Source: Stegostoma tigrinum
Lineage: Eukaryota
Assembly: GCF_030684315.1 (NCBI RefSeq)
Contig: NC_081384.1
Coordinates: 7,327,945 to 7,391,944, forward strand
Length of the DNA: 64,000 bases
Reading direction: 5' to 3'
Below are positions 27,082-39,960 of the stretch, piece by piece. Made by a program: the position numbers and the translations under genes. Within the stretch, counting starts at the first letter, position 1. Each line of letters opens with the position of its first letter. The notes beneath the pieces are model-generated. The model worked only from the letters and a program-made list of their open reading frames with translations. It had not been told where the DNA came from and ran no database searches.

Positions 27082-27318
27082 CTGATCATAAACAGTGGAT
27101 CTTCTCGTATCTTAGATGCCATATCCAATGCAGAGTTAGCCCCTGTTGCGGTAAAAATGGAGCCAGGCAACAGTCCAGTCTCAGAAGAAGGCCCAGACTC
27201 TTCATCCACCATCTTGTCTGTGGCATATTTGTCAATGGGTCTACCGAGCAAGTATTCCTCCTTGTTCACCATACTGCTAGGCCCTTGATACATCCAATCA
27301 AGCCTGTCTGACTTTTTC
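27082..27318 (-). CDS. CWC25: CWC25 exon 3 (KKSDRLDWMYQGP...EEYLLGRPIDK...KIREDPLFMI)
   Basis: 237 nt; overlaps ORF 27036..27293; LDWMY and KIREDPL motifs; frame continuous with neighbours. Confidence 0.97.
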
Positions 27319-28619
27319 CTGCAGACAAAAAAAAGTCAACACTATGTCAGTTTTGCAGCACAAAGCAAATTGAGAAGGCAGCCATATTTCTACAGGAGTC
27401 TTTAAATTAAGAGACTGTTCCACTTTACCATGCAGACAACATATATAAATTCACCATGGAAACATTCAAAAATGGAAAGGTCATAGAACTTGCAAAGGAG
27501 GTCGTTTTCTAAACTTGCGCTTTCATGGGACATAGGCAACAGGACAAGCCCAGCGTCTGTTGCCCATCTGTACCTGCCCTTAAACTGAGGGCTTTGCTTG
27601 GCCATTTTACAGGGCAATTAACAGTCAACCTTACTGATGTTGATCAGAATCTGCACTTAGCTTGACCAGGCAAGGATGGTAAATTTCCTTCCTTCAAGGA
27701 AATAAGTGAACTAGAAGGACTTCACAATAACCAATGACAGTATCAGGCTCATTGCTGAGACAAGTCTTACACTACACGTTTAACAATTTGCATTTAAAAA
27801 TTACCAGCTGCTGTGGTGGAATGTGAACCCACTTCCCTAGAACATTATCCTGGGCCTCTGAATTACTACTCCAATGATATGAACGTGAGACCACCACCTT
27901 CACCTTTCCCGTTCCTCTTTTCCTAATCAGTTTATCATGGCTGTATCAAAGGGCTGTCAAAAGAATCACCCTCCCCTCAGCTTTCTCCCTTTACCTGGTG
28001 ATTCCTTTTGGAATGTAATTTAAAACACTGTACTCTGGATACCAAATGTTCTGACAGTGGAAAGAGTTTAGCCTTATTTATTCTAGTAAAACATTTTATG
28101 ATATTGAATTGATCAAATCTCCTCTTAACATTCTCTACTCAAAGGAGAATCCCTATTTTTTCAGCGGTATTTGGTCCAATTCTAATAAATCTGACTTGCA
28201 ATTTTACCCAAGTCACAAAGGAAGGGTGCCCAGCATTGCAAACAATACTCCAGACGAATGGGTCATTCAGATGCCTAAACAGTGACTTATAATGGTTTGA
28301 CTTAACCTTTTTGGACTTTGATGCTGGTAGGGGTCAATACTTCAAGATTCAAGTACATCTTTTCATAAATGGCTGGATGAGAGTTTATGTATTTTTTTCA
28401 ATTGTATTACATACTAGAAACAAATCATGGCAAAGAAAGTAAGAGAACTCTTTGTCAAAACATCTTTAGTATGGCAGAAAGTGTTCAGTACAGAGAACTG
28501 TTAAGTAAAACACTTTGGGAAGTACATTTTAAGCCGCACAATTTTGCGAGGGGTAGACGATCATTGAGACCTTGTGGTTCATTTGCACACTCTTAAAAGA
28601 CAGCAGGAAACTTGACAAG

Positions 28620-29210
28620 GTAGTTCAAAAAGCATTTGTCTTATTTGGATTTCAACATTGAGGACCAGAATATAAATGCAAGGAGATTATGCTAGAAGTT
28701 TATAAATTATTAGTTAGGTTGCAGCTGACGTTTTCCAACAGATCTGGGCACCAATATTGGGAAATATATAAAGACCATTGAAAGTGTTTCAATGAGGTTT
28801 ACAAAACAACAGCAATGATAAGTGATTTCAGTTTTGTAGAGATATCAGAGAAGCTGTGCTTGTTTTCCTTACAGGAGAGATGGGGAAGGGAATAGTGTAC
28901 AAGAGGTTTCAAAAGGTCAGCAAGTTTTTAACAGAAAAATACAATTCTATCTGACAAGTGGATCAACAATTAGAAGTCACAGATTTATAAGTGTAGCCAA
29001 AAAGCTCTAGAGGGAAGCTGAGATGAATATTTTTCACAGGAGCGGGAAACCTGTACATGAATAGGGAGTAGAAGTATGGGATTTGAGGGTAACAAACAAC
29101 TAGAGCACTGACAAAAAGGAGGGGAGACCAAACAATATTACCGTTAAAACGCCAGCGCAGGTACAACAGGCAGAATGACCTATTGTGCTGTAAGAGTTTA
29201 TGATTCAACA
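28620..29210 (+). mobile_element. Old CR1 LINE 3' fragment
   Basis: Degenerate EYKCKEIMLEVYKLLVR...IFFT and tail. Confidence 0.6.
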
Positions 29211-29616
29211 CGTTACAATTGCAAATTATGCAGGATAGTTAGTTATTTTAAGATTTGAGCTTTATGCAAAGTTGAAAGACAGACTTGCATTTTATAAGGA
29301 GCCAAAACAAAGTAGGTAGAAAAGCTCAGCAGGTCTGGCAGCATCTGTGAAGGAGAAAACAGAGTTAAGTTTTAAGTCCGGTGAGCCTTCCTCAGAACAT
29401 TTTATAAAGTGCTTTTCATAACCATCAGACATTTTGAAGCATTCCACTGATTTTTGTTGCAATCCAAAGGAATTCCAAGGGATCTTCTGCATCCATCCAA
29501 GCAGGCAGATGGGGCTCCAGTTCAACATCTTGCCCGATATTGCTCTTGAATTTTGAACTCATCCTGTTCCCTATTTTGCAGACCTCTCAAACCTCACAAC
29601 CATGTCACCAACTTAC

Positions 29617-29789
29617 TTAACAGCACCACTGTCCTCTGCATAGCGCTGCATCTCTTCACGAGCTCGTTCCTCACGAAGCTCCCTCTGAAGCTCCTCGATC
29701 TTTTTCTTTTCCGCTTCATGTTTCTGTTCTGCTTTCCACACGCGTTCAACATTTTTTAAAGTCTGCGGGTGCCAACTTTTCTTTAGATT
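29617..29789 (-). CDS. CWC25: CWC25 exon 2 (NLKKSWHPQTLKNVERVWKAEQKHEAEKKKIEELQRELREERAREEMQRYAEDSGAVK)
   Basis: 173 nt, AG/GTAAGT boundaries; Cir_N/CWC25 signature KKSWHP. Confidence 0.97.
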
Positions 29790-30129
29790 CTGAAAGTGGC
29801 AAGCAGAAGAAATTAACCTGATTTTCTTTCATGCATGAAAAAGATATCATACAAACAAAAAGCATAACACCAATGTACAAGCTGAGAGAAGTCAATATGC
29901 TTCATGGAACTTTATTTTCTTTCAACAAGGCACTAGGTTTGTTTTCATGTGAACACTTCCCATGTTTTGCTCCAATAGTACTTTCTTCATTCATATTGAA
30001 ATAAGGGATCAGTGCCAAGCATATTTCATTCTTCCAAACTGCTCCGAGATTGAATAAATTTACTTTACTCTTACTTTCTGCCCCATTTCACCCTCTGCCA
30101 ATTCATTATTCATCTCTCCCTTAGCCCAC

Positions 30130-30960
30130 ACCCCACCTCCCTTACCCCACCCCCATTCCTCCCTTCCTCCCACACCCCTGTCCCCCCTCACCCCCTTCCT
30201 CCCACACCCCCGCCCCCCCTCACCCCCTTCCCCCCACACCCCCGTCCCCCCTTCCCCCCCCACCCCCGTCCCCCCTTCCCCCCCTTACCCCCGTCCCCCC
30301 TCACCCCCTTCCTCCCACACCCCCTTCCTCCCACACCCCCGTCCCCCCTCACCCCCGTCCCCCCTTACCCCTTCCTCCCACACCCCCGTCCCCCCTTACC
30401 CCTTCCTCCCACACCCCCGTCCCCCCTTCCTCCTTCCTCCCACACCCCCGTCCCCCCTTCCTCCTTCCTCCCACACCCCCGTCCCCCCTTCCTCCCACAC
30501 CCCCGTCCCCCCTCACCCCCTTCCTCCCACACCCCCGTCCCCCCTTCCCCCCCTTACCCCCGTCCCCCCTCACCCCCTTCCTCCCACACCCCCGTCCCCC
30601 CTCACCCCCTTCCTCCCACACCCCCGTCCCCCCTCACCCCCTTCCTCCCACACCCCCGTCCCTCCTTCCTCCCACACCCCCGTCCCCCCTTCCTCCCACA
30701 CCCCCGTCCCCCCTTCCTCCCACACCCCCGTCCCCCCTTCCTCCCACACCCCCGTCCCCCCTTCCTCCCACACCCCCGTCCCCCCTTCCTCCCACACCCC
30801 CGTCCCCCCTTCCTCCCACACCCCCGTCCCCCTTCTTCCCTTACCCCACAGACCCCTCACCTCCTTCCTCCCTTAGCCGACACCACTTTCCTCCCTCACC
30901 CTTACCCCACCCGACACTCACCCCCTACCCCCCCTCACCCCCATCCCCTCCCCTCCCCTC
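30130..30960. repeat. C-rich (plus) / G-rich (minus) minisatellite in CWC25 intron 1
   Basis: Tandem unit TTCCTCCCACACCCCCGTCCCCCC (24 bp) with 33-bp variants carrying TCACCCCC or TTACCCC inserts; produces the spurious repetitive ORFs at 30060-30860. Confidence 0.95.
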
Positions 30961-30964
30961 TTGA

Positions 30965-31210
30965 AAGAACTGCGCTGCTGCTGTCGGCCTCAGCCTCCAA
31001 CTAAATTAGACATCGGCTCTCTCAACCCTCAACCTCTCCCTAGTCCAACGTCCCCTCTCACGCCGCTAATACTCACCAAGTCCCCACCGCCCATCGCGCC
31101 TCCAACAGACTCTCCGCCGCTTCCAGGCCCCGCTGCTCCTGGATCAGGAACCTCCGCCGCTGCTGCCCCCTGGGCTGGAGGGCGTCAAAACCGTGCAACT
31201 ACCGCTCACC
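30965..31210 (-). promoter_or_regulatory. CpG-rich CWC25 5' end / promoter
   Basis: Local high GC and CpG content around exon 1 in otherwise CpG-depleted DNA; GGAAG ETS-like motif in the 5' UTR region. Confidence 0.55.
31077..31094 (-). CDS. CWC25: CWC25 spliceosome-associated protein, coding exon 1 (MGGGDL)
   Basis: ATG GGC GGT GGG GAC TTG then donor GTGAGT; matches the conserved CWC25 N-terminus; lies in a CpG-rich stretch. Confidence 0.95.
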
Positions 31211-32493
31211 AACAAAGAGATTCAAAAGGTTTGTCAACTCCGAAAGTCTTTTCTCCCCCAGAGCTGCTGGATGCATTGTCCTCAAAGTTGAGTTCAACGA
31301 TTTTAACTCATGAACTCTGCTTCATTTTGATTTGCATTAGAAAATAATCTCATTCGACCGTTCAAGCCTCCTTCGCCAGTCAATATAAAAATTGTTGATC
31401 TGATATGATCTTAACTTCACTTTCCTTCCTGCCATTCATAACCCATGTCCTCCTTACCCATAAAAATAGCCGCCTACATCAACCTCACATACATTCAATT
31501 GTACAACTTCCACTGGTCACTGCAGGCCAGCTACTTTGTACTTGCATTCCAGATGGATGTTGAACCGACAGAATTTTGACAGTGAGAATGCTATCAGGTG
31601 AGTTTCTGAAGAAGGGTCCAACCCAGAATGTCAGCTTTCCTGCTCCTCTGATGATGCCTGCCCTGCTGTGTTCCTCCAGCTCCACATCTTGTTATCTCTA
31701 ACAACAGCAGTGGAAAGCTTCAGAGGAAGATCTTTCTCTGCACCTTTGGAGATGATGGATGGAGAATGTTATGAGAAGCCATGATCCACCCATCTCGGCT
31801 CCATATGCTTTTATTGCCTTGATGGTCCAGATTACAACATGCAAACAACTCAGAATCCTCAGGGGGCTAGACTGTTCTGTTGACTGGAAGGCCATTGTGG
31901 ATCAGATTGCTGTACCATACTAGTATTATATTCAATTCCTGCTCCGCTTGTGATGGATTCAGGTCCTACCTTTCATGGTTGCATGTTGGACCTGCCTTTG
32001 GTCATAGAACTCAAGAAGACCAACTGTAGGCCTTGAACCCACAAAATATCCAAGCCAGAAATACACAGTGTTCAATGTGACCATGGCTGATGTATATAAT
32101 AATTCCATCCATCTGCCTTGATGTTATATCATTTTACACCCTTGTCCAGCAAAGATTGTTGAATGATGATGACAAATGGTGAGGTTAGCATTAGCACCTA
32201 TTAACCAGACTGAAAGATACTTAAAATAAATGTGTGAGCTCTTCAGGCAGAGATTGTCTTCATATGTCACAACCTATTGATTCCAAATTGAAAATAATAA
32301 GCTTATTTTAAAATACCATGCAATGAAAAATTTAAACTTTTCAATTTCTCTTTTATCTTCACCATTTCAGATGGTGCTAAAAGGTCATGATAGGGCACAT
32401 TTTCACAGGTGTCACCTAGCTCCAAGCAGCTGATCATATGGGAGGCTAGTCAGTATGAGTGGCAACAGTTGAGTATGTCATTGACAACATTGA

Positions 32494-32688
32494 AAAACAA
32501 AACCAGAAATTTCTGAAATAACTCAGCAGGTCTGGCAGCATCTGTGGAGAGAAAAGAGAGTTAATGTTTTGAGTCCAGTGACCCTTTTTCAGAACAGCTC
32601 AGATCAATGAAGCAAGTGTCACTCGACTTGAAATGTTAATTCTGCAATTGCTGTTTTTGTTTGTTTCAGAACTCCAACATTTTATTTT
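32494..32688 (+). mobile_element. Fold-back Penelope-like terminal element
   Basis: Same arm sequence as 10989-11214; 14-bp TSD ATTGACAACATTGA at 32480-32493 and 32689-32702. Confidence 0.7.
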
Positions 32689-32930
32689 ATTGACAACATT
32701 GACCCTGCCTTATATAGGATTTACAGAACAGAGTAAGATCATTGGCCTGGCTGGTCAGTTTTTATCCAAGCAGTTATTTTTCTGTTTATGTCAGAGTTGT
32801 TAACATGACCTGAAGATAACCACAACCGTTCAAAGCAAGAGCTTCCCTTGACAAAAGAGAGGTATCAAACACAGAAATACATGGCTCAAATAAAATACAT
32901 AGTTGCAAAATCCTGCCCTTACACACACGC

Positions 32931-32936
32931 TTTATT
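32931..32936 (-). terminator. Candidate polyadenylation signal AATAAA for SPMAP1
   Basis: TTTATT on plus strand about 300 nt downstream of the stop codon. Confidence 0.5.
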
Positions 32937-33233
32937 TTAGGATCTAAGGAGTTCTGTTTTTTTGATCACATACAATATTTTGTTTCCAATGACAGACTTT
33001 GCTTGATAGTCACCGAAGGATCGCATTCAATTTGTTTGCTTAAAAGAAGTCACTTGCTTGAAATACCAACTAAATTAAATCCATAGCGATTGATGGATTG
33101 ATGTTTCATTCCTCCAAAATGTCAAATATCATCTATTGTCCTTGTAAAAAAAATGCACTGCAGCTGATGTTAAAGTTCATGACTTAAAATGTTGCAATCC
33201 TTGCTCTTTTGTCTCTTGTAATTTACACATATG

Positions 33234-33428
<195 letters not shown>

Positions 33429-35904
33429 TTATTGAGTTTTACAAAGAACCTATAGCCAGTCAACCTAGTTGTCCATGTCAGCAGTTGTTCTTCAATTTGT
33501 TAATTCCACCTATTAACCAGCTCCCAAAGTTTTTTTTCTCTGTGATGTTTGCATCAAGCCTCCTTTTAACTGTGTTAATGCCATCTTTATCAATCGCTGT
33601 ATCTGGCAGTGAATTTTGCCTTTACCACTTTCTGGGAAAGAAATACCCCCTTGTTTTTTTTTTGCTTGACTTATCAGTAGCTCTTATATTTATGCCGCTA
33701 CCCCTCATCATCTTGCACTCACCCACAAACGACATAATTCCTCCAAATCCTTTCTACTGAACCTGTCATAGGTAAAGAAGGCCTCTGTCATATCTTTCTG
33801 TCTTGTATTCATCAGGATTTAAATGCAAAATAAAACAGACTTGAAAAAGGGCTTTCCTTCATCAGTACCATTAGGACTAGGCCTATAGCTTATTGAATCT
33901 GCTTCCATTATTTATGTTAATCATGGCAATGCTACCTGCCTCAGCTGAAATTTCCACCTTTCTTCAAAAACCCTTATTGAACACAGAAAATGTTGGAAAT
34001 GCATGTTAGTTTGCATTCTTAAGAGAAAGGATGGTTTATAATGATTCAGATGCAGAACATTCCATAATTTTTTGCTCTTGTGGAATAATTTTATCTTTGA
34101 GGATTGTTTTAGAAGCTCTCAATATGTTCCAGAATTCTATATATTTCTTTTTACTTCAGATAACTTTTTATATGTCTACACGTCAGTTTGTTCAAAATAC
34201 TTTTGTGCGAAGGGAGTTCACCTGACATATTCCAATCATTGGTTTTGCTAAGATTCTAAATTATGATCTTAAGGGCAAGGACCTTCTGGAGTGCCATAGT
34301 GCTTCTTTTGTCACTGTCTGAAGTCAGCAAACTCAGCACAGATGGGGGTCTGTGTTAGGGATTTTTCTCTTCTCTATGATTCAATTATACACCGGGCAGT
34401 GTTATCCTTTGAATCTTAAAAGGAAGACACTTTTGACAAGGCGTCAACAATGAGTGACAGTGATTGGGATTGCCAATATGCTACACGTTGGGCCTTGTTA
34501 GTTGTTCATTATTTGTCACTGCAATCTTTCCCAGTTCGCTCCGAGCTACCAGTAATTATCAGGATCAAAAATTATGGGGTAGACGTCTGCAATTTCCCGC
34601 AGTTTTATCTCACCTCATTTACAAAAATAAAGTCTTTTCACTGTCTTTGCATGTCACCTTGTTTCCAAAGGGGTGACACAACACCTGACAGAAGCAGATA
34701 ATGAGACATTTCATGGGACAATGATGATCAGACAGACGCAGTTGCTATGTCATGTTGCTAGGCACCAAATAACCTCATGTGTCATTAAATTCAGTGGCTA
34801 TTATCTAAACCCCCTGGGAACAACCAACAGGACATTAAAGTGTACACTGGATTCTGTCTGCAGAAAGCAAAGGTATTTTGTTTTTCCCACTCGTAACCTC
34901 AGTCTGAGAATGCAATTCTTCTGTATGCAACCACAGGCAATTTTTTGATGCAATATTGCAGTAATTAGATTCTTTCATGCTGTGCTCATCTCTCCACAGA
35001 AAATCACAATGAAATTAAAATGTTCCTTGGGACCCACAATTCCTCATCATGGAGAGTCTTCTTAGTTAATTATTTTGTGTTGAAATGAGAATTGAAATGA
35101 GAATGTTACAAAATTGAATACTTTCCACTTCAAACCTATCAATATCAACATCCACATTTAGAGCTTTGGTAAAGTTGATTTATCTTGGACATTCTTTATG
35201 AACCTTCATTGTAAATGCATTTGTCACATGAATAAAGTGACAAAGTTCTTCAATGTCACTACTCTAGAGGAAGTTCATTTCATCATTAAAGCAAAGGTTT
35301 TTGCTTTGACTTATTTTGTTGTGTTCATCCCAGGGTCAAAAAACACTTTGGAAAATTCCTACCGCAGAAAATGCTTTAAGCTCATCATTCATTTGATTTC
35401 ATTTGACAGAAGCTTCCAGATGGAAGGAACTTTGAAACTAATCAAGCAGCAGTAAAATATTGCAGATGCTGGAAACCTGAAATAAACACAGAAAATGCTG
35501 GAAATATTCAGCAAGTTAGATAGCAACTGCAGGGCGAGAAACAGAAACAATGCATCAGGTTGATAAATTTTTAGCAGAATTGCAGCTTTCTTTTCCATAT
35601 TTCAACTTATTCATTTTCAGAACTGTCATGTTCACTGCACATGGTCTAAATTAAGATGCTGATCACATTTTCATCATTTTCTTTTCACAATCTGTTGTAA
35701 CCTATCCCATCTGGGAGCACTCTTGACCAAACAGTATTTTAATTATGGATTACATAAGGGACATTAAACATTGATTAGTTAGAAGCTGTAACAAATAGAC
35801 ACAATCAGTATTTTAGTGGTCAGATGTTTTCAGAACTCATGGGGTTAAATTAATTATCAGCTGCCGTGAATCTGAAAGAATATTGCTTTCACCATGGCCA
35901 TTTA

Positions 35905-36520
35905 AGCTTAATGTGCTCCTACACCCTCTAGGAATAATTATAGCACACAAACCAACAGCCACACTTCGCCAGCTACTCGCAAAGATGAGAGACCCCATAC
36001 CTACAATCAGCAGGATGAATATGATATATCAAATACCACGCAGCAACTGTAAGAAGCAATACATTGGAACCTTGGGCAGGAAACTCACCACCAGCATACA
36101 CAAACACCAACTCATAGCAAAACAGCACAACCAACTTTCGCTCATTTCTATTCACTCCGACAAAGAAAGACCAAGTTTACCTGGGACAATGTAACTGTAC
36201 CAGGACAAGCAAACCAAAGACAAGCATGAGAATTCCTGGAAGCCTGATTTTCAACCATTGATGCCAATAACAATAATGTTGAAATAGCCCCCATCTACAT
36301 ACCACTACATGGCAAAACCAGAAACAGAACTACCCACCATAGCAGACTGGATCATATAAATTCAGAGCGGAACAGAACAACAGCACTTCAGCAGAGGCTA
36401 GACAGCTCTGAGGTTGTCACCCAGAAGGGGGATGAAATGTTTGCATGAAAACCAGTCAGCTCGGCAAACCGTGCAACAATTCCAGCCACAACCAAAGCTA
36501 CAGATCTTCACTAAAACATT
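35905..36520 (+). mobile_element. Penelope-like retroelement fragment (second, Poseidon-like family): degraded GIY-YIG plus 3' terminal repeat
   Basis: ORF 35883..36194 contains HKPTATLRQLL...IYQIP..NC.K.YIG..GRKL...IHKHQ; the 3' part (36360-36520) resembles the elements at 25154-25330 and 49108-49340. Confidence 0.8.
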
Positions 36521-37087
36521 AAAGCTTAATATTTCAGCTGAAGGGCAGGTGTTAAGATATTATAATTTTGGGGGTATTTTAATCCAGTTTTGTCATTTCT
36601 ATCTGTATCTAAGAGACCTCATCCTTGCGAACTACAGTTTTCCGTCATTCTGACTGTGGTAAAACCAAGGCTCATTATCCTGTCTGTGAATGGATTAAAA
36701 TTATGCAGTTTCTTGCTTTTCCAGTTTGCCCTCCTGTTTATAATTTCTCGCAATTAAAACGTTAACTTACGTAAGAAGTATTCCATGGAAAACAGGACCA
36801 CTGTCAACTTGGTTCTACCATCCTGCTAGTCGCATGATACATTGACAGAGTCGTTCACAGATCATAGCAATTAAACACTATCTAGATATTAGTTAGTGAT
36901 TTATCACATTATCTGTTGAACATTTTTGTCCTTGTAGTATCTTGCCAGGTGGACTGTGGTCCTTTAGTTAAGCTTCTCAAATACTGGAACCTCCCAAAAT
37001 ATTGGACAATTCAGGATAATCTTTCTGTGGGATTCCCCTAACTAGATGGACTGGAACTTTGCTGGGTTAGATGCTGCTCGAAGTCAG

Positions 37088-37430
37088 ATATCATAGAATC
37101 CCTACAGTGTGGAAACGGGCCATTCGGTCCAACAAGTGTACACTTCCCCTCTGCACAGCATCCCATCCAGACCCACCCCCACCTCCACATCCCATGTCTA
37201 CCCCACCTAACCTAAACATCCCTGGACACTATGGGCAATTTAGCATGGCCAATCCATGTACCCTGCACATCTTTGAACGGTGGGAGGAAACTGGAGCACC
37301 CAGAGGAAACCCACGCAGACACAGGGAGATGTGTGAACTCCACACTGACAGTCGCCCAAGGGTAGAATCAAACCCAGGTCTCTTGCACTGTGAGGCAGCA
37401 GCGCGAATTACTAGGCCACTGTGCCACCCC
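37088..37430 (-). mobile_element. HE1-type SINE (a second, shorter copy lies at about 40318-40560)
   Basis: Reverse complement of the HE1 head and core. Confidence 0.8.
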
Positions 37431-37880
37431 AGTACTCAATGATTTGAAACACACAGAAAATGAAATTGCCGGAGAAACTCAGTAGGTCTATCAGCAACTG
37501 TGGAGAAAAAAGACAGTTAGCATTTCAAGTCTGGTGACCCTTCTTGTTTCTGAAGAAGTGTCATTAGAATCAACGTGTTACCTCTTGTTTTTTTGTCTCC
37601 ATATTTGCTGCCATTCCTGCTGAGTTTCTCCAGCAATTTTTTTGTGTGTTTCACATCTACATTTCCTTGTTTTATCACTTTCATGATTTTTCTTTGATCT
37701 AACCCTTAGTTGTAAATTTTTTCTATAAACAAACAAATCCACTTCCTATCCATATGAACTGTTGGATCCACACTTAAAACAGAATCAATACATTTTATTC
37801 TCCGGCATCTGCAGTTCCTATTATCTCCCTCAATACATTTTATAACAAGACTATTTCTAAGAAGGTATAAAATGATGTAC

Positions 37881-37980
37881 CTGCTCCATACATATTTCTT
37901 TTGCGAAGGTACCTTTGAGCTGGTCCATATTTGTGAAAATAATCCACAAGCCAGCCACTGCTTGATGTCCCACCGTGATC
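37881..37980 (-). CDS. SPMAP1: SPMAP1 exon 2 (DHGGTSSSGWLVDYFHKYGPAQRYLRKRNMYGA)
   Basis: 100 nt, TTTTTATTAG acceptor, GTAC donor; DHGGT..GW.VDY.H..G..QRYL..RN motif. Confidence 0.92.
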
Positions 37981-38249
37981 CTAATAAAAATTATTTATTG
38001 ATTAAATTGTCAAAATGAGTTGAAATAATAAATGAAATAGCCTTCTGCATTCCAGCCAGCCCGACTGAAAAAGAACAGAAATGTATAACAATGATGGGGA
38101 ATGGTTAGCAAATTGCATTTGAACCCAATCCGAAGACAAGGGTGAATTCTGTCTGCTGACTGGTCCCATTTACAGTGAATGTAATCCATTCTTTTAATTA
38201 CCATATCAAATGCATTTAACTGAAGTAAAGAAAAGCTATTGAAATGACA

Positions 38250-38425
38250 GTGATAATAGGAACTGCAGATGCTGGAAAATCCAAGATAACAAAGTGTGGA
38301 GCTGGATGAACACAGCAGGCCAACCAGCATCTCAGAAGCACAAAAGCTGACGTTTCGGGCCTAGACCCTTCATCAGGGTCTAGGCCCGAAACGTCAGCTT
38401 TTGTGCTCCTGAGATGCTGCTTGGC
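38250..38425 (-). mobile_element. Fold-back Neptune-like terminal element in SPMAP1 intron 1
   Basis: 53-bp inverted arms 38317-38369 / 38375-38427 with 2 mismatches; 14-bp TSD CTATTGAAATGACA at 38236-38249 and 38426-38439. Confidence 0.85.
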
Positions 38426-39769
38426 CTATTGAAATGACAACTGACATACCAAAAATAGGAGCAAGTTTGTTCAATGTCTCAGAAAATACAGAAATCGAAC
38501 ACCTGAGTGTCACAGACCAGGCAAATTATAGATTTCTTCTTGTTTTGCCCTAGTTTTGGTGACAAGGAGTACTATGCTCGGCTTCACCATTGTGAATTAA
38601 GCCAGAAATCTATTCAACAACTGCTGCTAAAAATGTGTATGGGTGGGCTTTCTATGTGGACCACAGCAGTTATTTATTCTAATAATCCAGAGGTTAGATT
38701 TATAACCTGACAGACTAATAGTGTAGCATGATGTTATATCATTTAACTACCAATACAACTGGAAATCTAAATTAAATTAATCTGGAACAAAAACCTAGGA
38801 TCAATAATGACAACTATGTAACCACCAGTCTGTTGGAAAAATCAATTTTTTTGGCTACAGACAGTCTTTGTTCATTCATCAATTGGTGGGTCACTTGGAT
38901 TAATCACGAGGAGTCCATTGCTGTCCAATCATATCTTTAAGAGTGGGGAAAAAAGTATTTGGCGTCGTTGGTTTTTAACTGAACACAGGGCTAACCCAGA
39001 GACAAAGGAACAGAATACGATGTAAAGGAAGAAGAAACACTCGAGGAAGGCTAAACAGGAAGAAATCAGAGTTAACTGAAACAAAAAATAAAAACAAAAT
39101 AACGACCAGATAACCGGGGCAGCAAGCATATGAGGCAGACGTTAAGGGAAACGTATGAAGATTCATGGTACAGAATGAAGCTATTTCACCTGTCATGTTT
39201 GTGTCAGCTGAAAAAGAACTGTACAACTTAACCCCATATTCCAGAAACCAGAAATTGCTGAATAAGCTCAGCAGTTTTGAACTGTTCCGAGGAAGGGTCA
39301 CTGGATCCGAAACACTAAATCTGATTCCTCTCTGCAGGTGCTACCACATCTGCTGAGCTTTTCCAGCAATTTCTCTTTTTGTCTCTGATTTACAGCATCC
39401 GCAAATCTTTTAGTTTTTATTTATTGCTGTCCCTCCAGCCCAAGAGCTGGGTGAATACTTCCCTCTAAATCACCATTTCAAAGAGCAGGGGTATTAACCC
39501 CACTGTCCTGCCTAATATTTATTCCTCAATCAACATCGCAGGAAAGCGGATTATATGGTGATTATCACATTGCTGCAGAAAGGAGTTTGCTGAGTGCAAG
39601 TTAGCAACCGTGTGCTCCTTACATTACAGCAATGGCTAAACTGCTGACGTTCTTTTGTTGGGTCGTAAAATGCTTTGAAATATCCTGTGATCTTGGATGT
39701 GATCTTAATGCGTGTCTTTCTTTTTCCCTTTCTTTAATCGTTCTACCGATTGCAGCACTTTAAATCTGT

Positions 39770-39960
39770 GTTAAGGTCGCCACAGTCCCAGAGGATCATA
39801 GGGCTGCTCTCTCATTACAGAGAGGCAATTCTGGCGGTTTAACCTGAAGGTCACCACGCCTCAGGCGGGGTTGAGGTTGATATGGTGGGACCTCAGCTGG
39901 TGCGGGATTTGGACGCACGCTGTTGGCATCCCTCTGCATTGCAAACAAGCTGTCCAACCA
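39770..39960 (-). mobile_element. About 190-bp tRNA-derived SINE family C (copies at about 4345-4530 +, 53965-54130 +, 60740-60945 +)
   Basis: Shared GCCAACAG...GGTTCAATT, GAGGTTACCATGAAG, CAGGTTAAACC and CTCTGGGACT.TGG.GAC.TT motifs. Confidence 0.65.

Noticed and set aside
30060-30860. Gly/Arg-rich or GGTGVWEE-repeat ORFs
   Set aside because: Translations of the intronic minisatellite; no splice or start context
30961-31347. 128-aa Pro-rich plus-strand ORF
   Set aside because: Antisense to CWC25 exon 1 in GC-rich DNA where stop codons are scarce; starts at TTG; no recognisable domain
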